Both the position numbers and the translations under genes were made by a program. A stretch of 64,000 nucleotides of DNA from the NCBI GenBank assembly GCA_004431415.1, contig QPMI01000107.1:62001-126000 (forward strand). The letters run 5' to 3'. How positions within the stretch are numbered: position 1 is the first letter of the stretch; each line of letters begins with the position of its first letter. This DNA comes from Cyanophora paradoxa CCMP329 (Eukaryota > Plantae > Glaucophyta). Shown here piece by piece: positions 63,401 to 64,000 of the stretch. The notes below the pieces were generated by a model. That model was given only the letters and a program-made list of their open reading frames with translations. It was not told where the DNA came from and made no database searches.

Positions 63401-64000
63401 GTGATGGTCACCGTTGACGGCCCAGTCAGCTCGATGTCCATCGTGCGCGCCGTGCTCGTGTCGTTGCAGGTCAGTCGGTAGTCGGTGGAGAGCTGCTTGC
63501 TTCGGATGTGATTCAGGATGTCGACTGTGACGGTGATGTTGTTCGAGTCCGCCATCGCCATGGTCACAACGGGGGCCTTCGGCGGCAGTGTGACCGTGAC
63601 TGCTCCTGATGCACTGGTCGTGCCTCCCTTTCCATCAAAAACACACGTGTATGAGTAGACTCCCATGTAGTCCACAGTGGTCTTTGTCTCCACAATAACT
63701 TCATCCAACACTATTGCATGTGTTGTTGTTTGCATGGTGACTTCGTCTGTGCGAGTACAGCGTGTTGCGGTTACCACGTCCCTTGTGTAGTCACTTGGCA
63801 GAGGGACACTGATGTTTACAGAAGGGTCGGCTGATTTGCTAGCCACATAGGGAGTGGGAGCGTCGACAGCGGTCCAGGCAATAATGCTGACTGATGGCTC
63901 TGATTCTACGATCACTCCCCCGGTCCTAACAGAGCGTCGCATTGCTGCTCCAAGCATTGTCGGCATAATGAGCTTCGCGTAATACTCGTATGGTGTCCCT
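33459..64000 (-). CDS. Giant single-pass (type I) cell-surface protein: tandem FN3-like domains, PS linker, Cys-rich region, GPS-like motif, TM helix, cytoplasmic tail (5' end beyond window)
   Basis: ORFs of 2094, 1633, 2020 and 1045 aa with ~100-aa P..P.L..TS.TV/DTGL.PG..Y.Y FN3-like modules. The frame is open to the window end (GTPYEYYAKL). The region below 38551 is spliced. TM IGVIVGAVIGGVAFVAVAVVVAYAA followed by RIRYLRK at ~33950-34045; stop at 33459. Confidence 0.88.
43310..63350. repeat. Intragenic tandem repeat, 2733-bp (911-codon) unit, ~7.3 near-identical copies
   Basis: The TDDSP(Q/R)PTLTTTAVNAT anchor recurs near 63300, 60570, 57840, 55105, 52380, 49645, 46920 and 44190. Spacing such as 55263 to 57996 is 2733 bp. 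Confidence 0.97.

Noticed and set aside
1-64000. Prokaryotic or viral origin, operon or defence system
   Set aside because: Spliceosomal introns, a eukaryotic tRNA-Leu(AAG) without encoded CCA and eukaryote-specific genes indicate nuclear DNA.

Overview
This is GC-rich, intron-dense eukaryotic nuclear DNA, probably from a unicellular flagellate or alga; the lineage cannot be fixed from the sequence alone. Introns are short (~55-90 nt) with GTGCGC/GTCCGC or GC donors, a CTGA branch motif and a GCAG acceptor. Left to right: (1) a secreted clan GH-A (GH42-like) glycoside hydrolase whose acid/base Glu is replaced by Gln; (2) a divergently transcribed CEP164-like WW + IQ + charged-helix protein; (3) a 1,3-beta-glucan synthase (GT48/FKS/callose synthase); (4) a large fold-back (inverted) duplication of a tRNA-Leu(AAG) gene plus the 5' half of a CTC1-like telomere-protein gene. 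The left arm of this duplication is split by a 7.7-kb non-autonomous CACAG-ended DNA transposon with a 3-bp TAT target-site duplication and nested repeats. (5) The full-length CTC1-like gene; (6) the 3' ~30 kb of a giant type I membrane protein gene. That last gene encodes roughly 85 FN3-like domains in a 9-domain (2733-bp, 911-aa) super-repeat with ~7.3 near-identical copies, inside an apparently intron-free exon of more than 25 kb, followed by a GPS-like motif, one TM helix and a cytoplasmic tail. Exon boundaries were inferred by eye. Single-base indels in G/C homopolymers suggest uncorrected long-read errors.
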